Assembly (NCBI RefSeq): GCF_006345805.1 | Contig: NC_042997.1 | Location: forward strand, 133,424,001-133,488,000 | Direction: 5' to 3' | DNA from: Octopus sinensis | Lineage: Eukaryota | DNA: 64,000 nucleotides | Shown here: in pieces, positions 52,894 through 64,000 of the stretch | Position numbering within the stretch: the first letter of the stretch is position 1 | Layout: each line of letters opens with the position of its first letter | Notes under the pieces: generated by a model | What the model was told of the DNA's origin: nothing | Database searches by the model: none | The model's input: the letters and a program-made list of their open reading frames with translations, nothing else | Made by a program: the position numbers and the translations under genes

Positions 52894-53579
52894 TGTCTGA
52901 CTGGCAGGATGAAGCGGCTGACCTCCCCTGTTCGAAGGTTTATAATGGACGTAGGTTGTGTGTCAAATAGCTGGCTTGAGGCGGTGGCCTCTTGGAGCTA
53001 ATCAGCGACAGCTTTAGTCTTATATTTATAAGACTGCCATATAAGTATGGCGAAAACTATTAAATAAATAAATATAATAAAAAAATGACATAAAAAAAGA
53101 GTTTCGAATTTTAGCAGAAGTACGGCAACGATTTTTAGAGATGGTGTAAGTCGATTATATTGACTCCCAGAGTTCCGCTGGTATTTTATTTTAGCGACGC
53201 CGAAAAGATGTAAAGGCAAAGCTGATCTCGATGGAATTTGAATTTAAAAAGTAGAGAACCGGAAGATATGCTACGAAGTATTTTGTCCAACGCGCTTTCA
53301 TAACGTGACATCAGAATATAGCCAGAATTGAAACTCGCATTGTGGATCTTGCAGAAAAGTACCATCCTATATTCTGCAAAAATCCTAAGAAAGAAAGAAT
53401 CTGCAGAAAAGTACCAACTTATATTCCACAAGGAAAACCCTGACGTCTAAAACGCAGCCGATCCACCAACTAACAACACATACGCACACCTTGTGTATGT
53501 GTGTTCGACTATGTTTATATGCATCGAGCTGCTTCTAATTCATATCTGAATCTTTCTGTGGCACGAAACATTGAGATGT

Positions 53580-54531
53580 ATTAGTAGATGGTTCTCAGAC
53601 TATTTAGCATAAGCAAACCACGCCCCCGTCCGATGGACGGTGCTGAGTTGTCAAACATTTAATCCAAATTTTCTCAAAACAACTTGTCCGACCGTCCCAT
53701 AGTCCTCCCCTTTGAGAAATACTGGTTTAACCTAAATTTGAGACACCAGCAAAAGAATAAAGCTAGACGTTTTTTCTATTCCATAGAAAAACGATTTTAT
53801 TCACTTTATTGATCGCATTCTCATCTGGAATCGATTTTTATATTTTTTTCAAGACTTATACACGCCCTGATACCGTCGGTATCTACATATTAAATTTGAA
53901 TGCAATCGGATGGAGGATGCCCGAAATCCTAGAAGACACACACACACAGACAGACAGAACGGATTTTATATAATAGACGAACAAAACGCCCTCCCCCCGT
54001 CCAACGGATGGTGCTGAGTTGTCAAACATTTAAACCAAATTTTCTCAATACAACTTGTCCGACCGTCCTATAGGCCTCCCCTTTGAGAAACACTGATTTA
54101 ACCTAAATTTGAGACACCAGCAAAAGAAGAAATAAAGATAGACTTTTTTCTATTCCAAAGAAAAACAATTTTATTCACACAAATATGCAACTGAAGAGTT
54201 TAAAGTACCAGTAATGATGAGGCTGTTGACTGGGAGAACACAAACATGGTTTAAACAGTAAGCTTGGCAGGAAAGAAACGTGCCTTTAAGCAGTACAAAA
54301 ACAACAAAAAATGGAAGGTGCAGGTTGACCAAAGAAAAGCAGGACAAAAACGGTTTTATTGATCGCATTCTCACCTGGAATCGATTTTTGTAATTTCTTC
54401 AAGTCTTATACACGCCCTGATACCGTCGGTATCTACATATTAAATTTGATCGCAATCGAGTGGAGGATGCCCGAGATCTTAGAAGACACACACACACGGA
54501 CAGACAGACACAACGGGTTTTATATAAGAGA
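53580..54531 (-). mobile_element. Tandem Helitron-like non-autonomous units
   Basis: ~53610-53978 repeats at ~53979-54531 with a ~175-bp extra segment. Minus-strand 5' end A|TCTCTTATATAAAA...(TGTC)n(GT)n resembles the 39.8-40.5 kb Helitrons. The 3' end is unclear. Confidence 0.5.
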
Positions 54532-54784
54532 TATAGTCATATATAGAGATATAGTCATAGTCGGCAATATAGCTTGCGGCAGGCATTGAAAAGTTACGAC
54601 AATGACGAAAGATCGATTTCTGTCACTGTGAGCGGGAACCTGGTATGGGTTGTCTCCCTTGCCTATGACTTACTTTCAGGTGTTTTTAACATCAGGCATA
54701 TTGAGAGTATATTCCCTTACGGTTAAAACATAGCCGACCCACGAAATAACAACACACATATCTTGTGAATACGTGTTCGATTTT

Positions 54785-54817
<33 letters not shown>

Positions 54818-54819
<2 letters not shown>

Positions 54820-56293
54820 AATAAAATAGAATATATGCATATATATAAACATATATGTACGTACCTACCTCTACATGTACATATACACGCATATATGTGT
54901 ACAGGACACCAAAAAGACGTCGAACACAGAGAGAGACGAAACACATAGACACAAACCAAGGAACAAGACAAGCAAAAAAAAGGGAGAGATACAGGACAAT
55001 AAGCACAACGAAAAATCCCCTTCTTCAGTCGCTAAGATTTCATCTACTAAACGTTTCGAAGGATAAAAGCGAGACGTATACTTCGAAGAAAAATTCCTTC
55101 CCGCGAAAAGCAAATCAATTAAAATTCTGAGATCTTTTCGCAGAGGGGTAAATAAAAGCAAGACGGTAACGACAGTACAAACATATAAACAGTAAAAAAT
55201 ATATATATAAACAGTGGAAAAATAAATATATAACAGTGAGAGACAAGACAAGGAGAACAAGATAGAAGGGCTGTTAACGCCAGACGAAAAAAGTATTGTA
55301 ACGCTGGATTATCGTGGAAGACAGAGAGGGAAATTTTGTCACCAGAAGCCTTGCAAGGCGGGCGAGAAAGGACAGGATAGCAGTTACGACGGAAGTATCG
55401 TCGCAGATGGATGACGGGAATGGGGGAGGAGGAGCAAGAGGAAGAGAGAGAAGAAGGGGAATGGTGCGAGGAGACCATGAAGAATGGTGAAAGGGAGAGA
55501 GAGAATGAAGAATGAGAGAGAGAGGAAGAGACAAGTTAAGTGAGGGAAAAAAAGACGAAAAAGGGAATGGGAGAGAAAGAAAGAAAGATGCAGAGTCGCG
55601 TGAGAGTTAATATCAAGGCTAACTTGATAAACAGAACAATCTTACTTAGTAGGGTGCGTGCGTTTAATCGTATAATATGTTAATAAAATAGAATATATGC
55701 ATATATATAAACATATATGTACGTACCTACCTCTACATGTACATATACACGCATATATGTGTACAGGACACCAAAAAGACGTCGAACACAGAGAGAGACG
55801 AAACATAGACACAAACCAAGGAACAAGACAAGCAAAAAAAAGGGAGAGATACAGGACAATAAGCACAACGAAAAATCCCCTTCTTCAGTCGCTAAGATTT
55901 CATCTACTAAACGTTTCGAAGGATAAAAGCGAGACGTATACTTCGAAGAAAAATCCTTCCCGCGAAAAGCAAATCAATTAAAATTCTGAGATCTTTTCGC
56001 AGAGGGGTAAATAAAAGCAAGACGGTAACGACAGTACAAACATATAAACAGTAAAAAATATATATAAACAGTGGAAAAATAAATATATAACAGTGAGAGA
56101 CAAGACAAGGAGAACAAGATAAGAAGGGCTGTTAACGCCAGACGAAAAAAGTATTGTAAACGCTGGATTATCGTGGAAGACAGAGAGGGAAATTTTGTCA
56201 ACCAGAAGCCTTGCAAGGCGGGCGAGAAAGGACAGGATAGCAGTTACGACGGAAGTATCGTCGCAGATGGATGACGGGAATGGGGGAGGAGGA

Positions 56294-56295
<2 letters not shown>
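54818..56295 (-). mobile_element. 1.7 tandem copies of an ~860-bp non-coding unit flanked by (TA)n; PLE pLTR-like
   Basis: 54818-55436 repeats at ~55679-56295 and differs only by 1-2 nt indels. Confidence 0.75.
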
Positions 56296-56328
<33 letters not shown>

Positions 56329-56444
56329 GTTGCTTACACTTAAAAATGCAAGCATGCTTTGAGTTAATTTATTTTTGAAAATTCCACTATTCACGCCATA
56401 AAAACACGTTGTACAACCAATCAAACTCAATCAAAATCATATGC

Positions 56445-57165
56445 ATGCGTATGTACCTGCCTGCCTGCCTGCCTGCTTGCTTGCTTGCTTGCTTGCCTAC
56501 CTACCTATCTACCTACCTACCTACATACATACATACATACATACATACATACATACATACATACATACATACATACCTATCTACCTACCTACTTACCTAC
56601 CTACGTATCTACCTACCTACATACATACTTACATACATATATACCTACCTACCTACCTACCCACCTACCTACATACTACATACATACATACATACATACA
56701 TACATACATACATACATACCAATCTACCTACCTACTTACCTACCTACGTATCTACCTACATACATACTTACATACATATATACCTACCTACCTACCTACC
56801 TACCTACATACTACATACATACTACATACATACATACATACATACATACATACATACATACATACCAATCTACCTACCTACTTACCTACCTACGTATCTA
56901 CCTACCTACATACATATATACCTACCTACCTACCTACATGCATACATACATACATACCTACATACGTACATATGTATATACATACATACATACGTACGTA
57001 CGTACAAACATACATGCATACATACATACGTACGTACGTACGTACATACATACATACACACATACATACATACATACACACATACATACATACATACATA
57101 CATACATACATACATACATACATACATACATACATACATACATACATACATGCATGCATGCAATA
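56445..57165. repeat. Compound (CCTG)n/(CCTA)n/(CATA)n microsatellite
   Basis: Read directly from the sequence. Confidence 0.95.
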
Positions 57166-57460
57166 CACATTGCCTAAATATCAATCTTGAGAAATTAGGC
57201 TTCCCAAAACCAGAAAGGAGAAAGCTAATTCGAAGACTACAGATTCAATCCATCACTGGACCTGTAAAAGTCTATAAAACTTTCCAGTTTATCATTTAGA
57301 TATATATGAGCATGTTTAGATATGTTACTATATGCATGAGAATACATATATAAAGCAAAACATACAAATCTCCACATATACATATACATTCATAAAAAAA
57401 TGCTCGATGTTGTTAAAATTCCAATGACGGATCCTTTAATCTAGGCTAGAAACCGGCTCC

Positions 57461-57492
<32 letters not shown>

Positions 57493-57540
57493 TTCTGTAT
57501 TGGCGAGCGATCTTGAAATAAACTGAATAATGACATTCAT
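57165..57540 (+). mobile_element. 3' end of an RLE-type (R4/Dong-like) non-LTR retrotransposon
   Basis: C-terminal peptide CLNINLEKLGFPKPERRKLIRRLQIQSITGPVKVYKTF, then a 3' UTR ending in CATA repeats. Confidence 0.5.
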
Positions 57541-57544
57541 ATAT

Positions 57545-57751
57545 GATGGCTGCCCTCTTGTTATCGAGTATGGCCATTGCACGAAGCTTAACTGTTATTG
57601 GTGCTGTGATCGAATGTGACTTTTTAGCCCAGCTAAAGATCTACAATGTCTTGTACAGAATTGGCAACGAATACCTTTACCGGTAATAGCCGGCTGTAGT
57701 TGTAACTGGGCTTCATGTACCTTTGCATGTCGTTTAAGTCCTCCTGCCGAA

Positions 57752-57752
<1 letters not shown>
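57545..57752 (-). mobile_element. RTE-clade LINE extreme 3' end
   Basis: SAGGLKRHAKVH...CQFCTRHCRSLAGLKSHIRSQH zinc fingers, then a typical short 3' UTR. Confidence 0.7.
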
Positions 57753-57782
<30 letters not shown>

Positions 57783-57789
57783 CATACAT

Positions 57790-57828
<39 letters not shown>

Positions 57829-58514
57829 TAGGCACATACATACTTGTATCGTTAGATCCGGTGTTACTTATATTACTTATTACATTATATATTATATGCT
57901 TTTTATCTTTATGAAGATGTGTAGTCAGACGATATTTTTCTCTCAGAAGTCACGTCAACCATCTAACACTCAGCTAGTTTATTTATCGCTTGACGCGTAG
58001 CGAAGCGTAAATTTCTGTTTTTTTTTCCGTATGACGCCAGCTGTGACATGTAATATGTTCTTTGCCCGCAAAAAAATTGCTTTTTTTTTTGTTCACCTAA
58101 TCTACCATGGGCCCTAGAAATCAGCTTTTCCTCCTTCGTGTTCAATTGCAGACAGGACTGCAAAGAAGGTAAAACTCCAAAGACAATCAGTGATGGTAAA
58201 CCCTTCTAGAAGATACGAACTATTTTGTGTTCTCTAAAGAATTTTCACACATGTATCTTATATATTTTTCTTCGTTTTCTATAAATTCAGGTTTTCTTTT
58301 GTGACAAAGAAATAACAATGAGCTCTGTACAACTATTTCTAGCAGAAAAATATCTTCATCTCGTTTGCCAACTCAAACATTGTCTCAAGTAACAAAAATG
58401 ACATCGAGTATCGTATTACTATTCTTAATATAAATTCTTCTACGTCTCGTTAAATAGCACGAAACTATGTTTTCGTAGCAAAAGATGACCATGTGTAGTT
58501 GACTGTTATTTCAA

Positions 58515-59152
58515 GGTGTGCGCCTTTGCCGGTTTGTGCAAGATGCGCGCAGGACAGTTTCACAGTCCTGCACGCGATTGTGCAATGCCCCAAGGTGACT
58601 GAGCTCTGGGCTTATGTCGAACACCTGTGGTCGCATTCGAGAAGAGTACCACTGTCGAGCGAACCTGTAATTAAGATCTCTCCGCCGACCTCCCTGAATA
58701 GGGAGGAGCGAGCCTGCTTTCTCTCGGTAGATGCTGTTGCGAAAGAGGTAGTATGGAAGACGAGAGTGAAAGGAATTGCAACAGGAATATTCATCTCCAG
58801 TCTGGAGCTAATCGACTTCTTCGTTTTCCACATGAAACGGATAATAAGGCCTATCGCAAAGTGCGTTTCTTAAAAGATGGAAGTCTATAGCAAGTATGTT
58901 GCGAGTGAAAGAACCTGTTTAAACGAGAATATAAAAAGAAAGCAAAGTCTTCGGTGTGAGTATGTGGTTTGTGGGGTCGACCGCGTCCTCCACTTAATTT
59001 TCTGTAAATCACTCATTCTCATTTAATTGTATATATTTTAATTGTTTGTTTATTCATACGTTTCGTCTCATTCGATACCCTGACCCCAATGTTTGTTTTG
59101 TCTGTCCTCGTATCGCCCACTCTTTTTCTCAACCTCATGGTTAATAAATAAA
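58515..59152 (+). mobile_element. L1/Tx1-like LINE 3' fragment
   Basis: CARCAQDSFTVLHAIVQCPKVTELW zinc knuckle and AVAKEVVWKTR. Ends in AATAAATAAA and is flanked by the direct repeat TTGACTGTTATTTCA(A)GG at ~58499 and ~59153 (probable TSD). Confidence 0.7.
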
Positions 59153-59532
59153 TTGACTGTTATTTCAGGCAGAAATTTCCTACTTCCGATTTGCCAATCC
59201 CAATTTTTGCTTTTGGAATAAAAGATGACCATGTATGGCCTTCATCTCATTAGTTTATTTTATTTTACTTTATTTATTATTATTTTTTTTTGCAGATAGA
59301 CTGCATACCCTGAGAATGAAATTGGGTTGACGAAAAGTTTATAGAAGGTAAATAATCCGTTGGATTTTATTCGCCACCCGGAATTGAAGATGTGTGGCTG
59401 AGTATTATTACCTTGTACTAAGCTTTTGGTTGTAGTTGCCGACGTAATCGAGAATAGACTCAGACAACCTTGTCAGTTCCCGCTCTCTTGACCCAGCAGC
59501 GCATCCAGGTCAAAAAGAACCGACAGATAAAA

Positions 59533-59590
<58 letters not shown>

Positions 59591-59768
59591 AGAATGTTGC
59601 ATCAGCACTTCTCTGATACTTTGTTTATCGACCTCAAAAGGGCGAAAGGTAAAGATGACCTGACTGGTATTTGAACTCGGCACACTGAGAGCCGGAACAA
59701 ATGTTGCATCGTATTTTTCCGACGCTTTAACAACTATACCAATCGATACAAACCTACCCATATAAATG

Positions 59769-59823
<55 letters not shown>

Positions 59824-59895
59824 AAATACATATACACGTACGTGTATGAATATGTGTGTATGTATGTGTGTGTATATATATATATGTATGGTAGT

Positions 59896-60275
59896 GGAGG
59901 CGCAATGGCCCAGTGGTTAGGGCAGCGGACTCGCGGTCGTAGGATCGCGGTTTCGATTCCCAGACCGGGCGTTGGGAGTGTTTATTGAGCGACAACACCT
60001 AAAGCTCCACGAGGCTCCGACAGGGATGGTGGTGATCCCTGCTGTACTCTTTCACGACAACTTTCTCTCACTCTTACTTCCTGATTCTGTTTGTACCTGT
60101 ATTTCAAAGGGCCGGCCTTGTCACTCTCTGTGTCACGCTGAATATCCCCGAGAACTACGTTAAGGGTACACGTGTCTGTGGAGTGCTCAGCCACTTACAC
60201 GTTAATTTCACGAGCAGGCTGTTCCGTTGATCGGATCAACCGGAACCCTCGTCGTCGTAACCGACGGAGTGCTTC
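59896..60275 (+). mobile_element. tRNA-derived SINE (family C)
   Basis: Same head as the 50984 copy but a different 3' part. Confidence 0.8.
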
Positions 60276-60991
60276 CATCCCATATATGTATGATGAAAGC
60301 AACACACGCCAAATGAATGAAGACAACGCAAGCAGGATAAATGTTAACAAGTATTGTATAAGCATAACGCTTAAAAAGGAAGGCAAAAATCTGTATGTGT
60401 GTGTATGTGTATGTGCGTGCGTGCGTGCATGAATCTATTCTATAGTCTAAAATAGTTTTGTCTTTTAAACGAATAAAAATTACTTCGAACATATTCTGAA
60501 CGCAGCTACTTAAAGGTTGCAGTGATTGAAATAAACAATATTCTTGCCACGCTACCAATAACTAACGAATACTTTTAAGCTCTATTATGTTTTCTTATGT
60601 GGTCTGGTGGTTAGAATTCATGACTTTCATCCAAGCGCCCCGCTTCAATTCTCAGCATGGAAATAGTAAAACTTTTATTTCAAAAGTTACATCTCAGATA
60701 TTTTTCATAGCACAGCAACCAATTGTGCATGACACAAATTTAACAACTATTTATTTAATTTGCAATTCTGAATATTACTAGTTTGATGGCAACATATGTC
60801 TAAGTAACTGAAGACGGCGATCCAGTTATTTACAATATTTATCCGCCATGTATTACAAACACTTCCTTAACACTCTTGCCACCAAGTAAGCCATGAACGT
60901 GTTATCTGACCATGAGAAACCTGCACCTAACGACGCTATTGTTCGATAATTAACATATATATATAATTAATTGACGTAATAATTGCCTGTA

Positions 60992-61489
60992 CAGTGATCC
61001 CTCGCTATTTCGCGGTTCAACTATCGCGGATTCACGACTTCGCGGATTTTTTAAATATATATATATATATGAACGCCTAAAAATTTTCATCAAAGCCATT
61101 AAAATATTAATAATAAATATTATTTCCTAGTCTAGGAACAACAAAATAAACGTTAAGTAACAAAAAAGCATATACAGGGGTATTTGAACTTAAGACGGGC
61201 TGTGATTGGTGCAATGGAGAGGACGAATCACAGCCTTCTATTTTGTAATCTGGCCTGTGTAACAGCAACAATCTTGATTTTTTAAAAATCTAAAGTGTTA
61301 TTGCTTAACAGTTGTCGTTGTTATTAATAGACTACTGTAATGGGTGGGTTGTTAACAGTACGGGGAGGGTTTTAAAAATCCAAATATACGTTAAATAAAT
61401 ACTGTAAATATGTTGTCCCTACTTCGCGGAAATTCAGTTATTGCGGCCGGTCTCGGAACCAATCTATCGCGATAAACGAAGGACCACTG
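60992..61489. mobile_element. pogo/Tigger-type MITE
   Basis: TA|CAGTGATCCCTCG...CGAAGGACCACTG|TA termini, with subterminal TCGCGG repeats. Confidence 0.8.
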
Positions 61490-61790
61490 TATTGATCTTT
61501 TCCGTTACAGTTTTTCCTGTGGCCATGTGCCATTGTACGAAATCTTAATTATGTGGTTAAGAAGCTTGCTTCAAAACTGTGTGGTTTGGGATCAGTTTAT
61601 TGCATAGCACCTTAGGTGAGTGTCTTCTACTATAGCCCCCGGGCCATTCAATGCCTTGTGAGTGGATTCGGTAGACGGAAACATATGTGTGTTTGTGCGT
61701 GTGTGTGTGTGTGCACGCATGCGTGCGTGTGTGTTTGTATGTGTGTATGCACGTGTATGTATGTGTGTGTGTATGTGTGTGTGCGTGTGC

Positions 61791-61827
<37 letters not shown>

Positions 61828-62020
61828 CTTGTACTTATGTTTGTACCTCTACACCGGTGCTAATTTCATTTCAAACCCATAATTTAGTGGTTCAACAAGA
61901 GACAGGGGAAAAAGCACTATGCTCCAAGAATAAGTAATTGGATCGATTTATCCGACGAATTGGCTGCTATCCAATAACTAAAATCAGTAAAGGATAAAAT
62001 ATAATATATATATATATATA

Positions 62021-62440
62021 GGCGCAGGAGTGGCTGTGTGGTAAGTAGCTTGCTTACCAACCACATGGTTCCGGGTTCAGTCCCACAGCGTGGCATCTTG
62101 GGCAAGTGTCTTCTGCTATAGCCCCGGGCCGACCAATGCCTTGTGAGTGGATTTGGTAGACGGAAACTGAAAGAAGCCTGTCATATATATGTATATATAT
62201 ATATATATATATATGTGGGGGGGGTTCTGTGTCTGTGTTTGTCCCCCTAGCATTGCTTGACAACCGATGCTGGTGTGTTTACGTCCCCGTCACTGAGCGG
62301 TTCGGCAAAAGAGCCCGATAGAATAAGTACTGGGTTTACAAAGAATAAGTCCCGGGGTCGATTTGATCGACTATAGGCGGTGCTCCAGCATGGCCGCAGT
62401 CAAATGACTGAAACAAGTAAAAGAGTAAAAGAGTAAAGAG
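62021..62440 (+). mobile_element. SINE family A
   Basis: Full-length match. Confidence 0.9.
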
Positions 62441-62537
62441 CATATATATATAAGGATAAGATCGTTATTTAAAATACCGATCGTATCAGGTAGCTTGCAT
62501 GGGAATATAAACCTCATAGGTAATAATTATTGTTAAA

Positions 62538-62752
62538 ATTATAATTAAGTGTATCTAAGAGATACCAACATGCTAGATATAGCAGCCAATATTTGATTCT
62601 AAACCCACATTAAATGTTCATACAGCACCAGGAGAGCAGAAAAAGAAACAAAATAAACTGCAGTATGAACATTTAAAGTAATTTTGTAGTCAAATTTTGA
62701 CTGCTATATCTAGCGTGGTGGTATCTTTTAGATACCCTTAATTATAATTACA
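62538..62752. repeat. Foldback/MITE-like long hairpin
   Basis: ATTATAATTAAGTGTATCTAAGAGATACCAACATGCTAGATATAGCAG pairs with CTGCTATATCTAGCGTGGTGGTATCTTTTAGATACCCTTAATTATAAT. Inner arms TTAAATGTTCATAC/GTATGAACATTTAA. Confidence 0.8.
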
Positions 62753-63386
62753 TATATATATAATAATACATATACATATATGTGATACCTATATATATAA
62801 TGTATCATAAGTACATGATGTATGTATATATATATATACGTATGTGTGTGTATGTATATATGTGTGTGTGTGCGTGTATACAAACACATATATGTATGTA
62901 TATATCGTGTCATTAAAACAAGTCTATCTTTTTGACATACATATAGAATAAGTTTATACAACGTATTTAAATGTATGAAAAATAAAAATATAAAGATACA
63001 TTTTCAAAAAATAAAAGTTTTCATGTAATTCAACTGAAAATAGATTGGCATATTTCTCAGGTGAATTTGCCATGTATAATTTATTTAAATATTTATAACA
63101 AAAGTGAGAAAGATGGAAATGAGCAAGGAAAAATAAGAAGGCACAAGTTACTTCGACTCCTTTGTAGAAAAAGGTTTTAGAATATGCATTCTTTGTTTTG
63201 CACCTGAGAGGGGTTTTTTTCCCGTAGTATAGGAAAATGTCATGTCTAAATTATCTGGATATTTCGCTGATTTCACTTCGCAAAGTTTTACGTAATCTTA
63301 CATAATTTTTCCATATTTAGAACCATGCTTGGTATAATCATTAAATAGGCATTGTGTATATGTAAGTACACACACACACACACACA

Positions 63387-63428
<42 letters not shown>

Positions 63429-63430
<2 letters not shown>

Positions 63431-63591
63431 CGCAGGAGTGGCTGTGTGGTAAGTAGCTTGCTTACCAACCACACGGTTCCGGGTTCAGTCCCACTGCGTG
63501 GCACCTTGGGAAAGTGTCTTCTACTATAGCCTCGAGCCGACCAAAGCCTTGTGAGTGGATTTGGTAGACGGAAACTGAAAGAAGCATGTCG

Positions 63592-63624
<33 letters not shown>

Positions 63625-63836
63625 TGTGTGTGTGTGTGTGTGTGTGTGTTTGTCCCCCAACAACGCTTGGCAACCGATGCTGGTATGTTTACGTCCCGGT
63701 TACTTAGCGGTTCGGCAAAAGGGACCGATAGAATAAGTACTAGGCTTACAAAGAATAAGTCCTGGGGTCGATTTGCTCGACTAAAAGGCGGTGCTTCGGC
63801 ATGGTCGCAGTCAAAAATGACTGAAACAAGTAAAAG
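63429..63836 (+). mobile_element. SINE family A
   Basis: Full-length match. Confidence 0.9.
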
Positions 63837-63842
63837 AGAGAG

Positions 63843-63876
<34 letters not shown>

Positions 63877-64000
63877 CAACTACTCAGTACTGATTGTTTG
63901 AATGAACTTCGAGGAGCGGAACTTGAAGAAAATTTGCAAGCACATTTGTAAGTAGTGTTAGCTTCGTTTCATAGAAGTGTTGCAGTAACAATTTAAAAAT

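Larger units (their letters stand above)
52350..53062 (+). mobile_element. Retrozyme/PLE-like non-coding element: ~365-bp unit, partial tandem plus inverted copy
   Basis: TTGGAGCTAATCAGCG occurs at 52627 and 52992. 52350-52626 is a permuted reverse complement of the unit. It carries an HHR on each strand. Confidence 0.85.

Overview
AT-rich, microsatellite-dense animal DNA. The SINE families suggest an octopus or other coleoid cephalopod; this is inferred, not shown. I found no intact host protein-coding gene. Three things dominate the window. (1) A cluster of 15 tRNA-Arg(TCG)-derived loci at 15.7-44.0 kb: 11 full-length copies (some with point variants) plus 4 pseudogenes or fragments. It was built by tandem and large inverted segmental duplication, and flanks have been swapped between copies. 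(2) Many transposon relics: Tc1, mariner, maT-like, Chapaev3, pogo-type MITE, Helitrons, RTE, L1/Tx1-like and R4-like LINEs, three SINE families and Penelope-like elements. (3) Most notably, at least six sequence-distinct families of minimal hammerhead-ribozyme (HHR) motifs, mostly in short inverted or partial-tandem non-coding units inserted into (TA)n tracts (Penelope pLTR or retrozyme-like). These include a stand-alone canonical HHR at 25622-25679, a U3:A8 compensatory core variant, A6U and U4C variants, and a recurring permuted (type-II-like) HHR-like motif. All RNA structures were folded by eye and none has been tested for activity.
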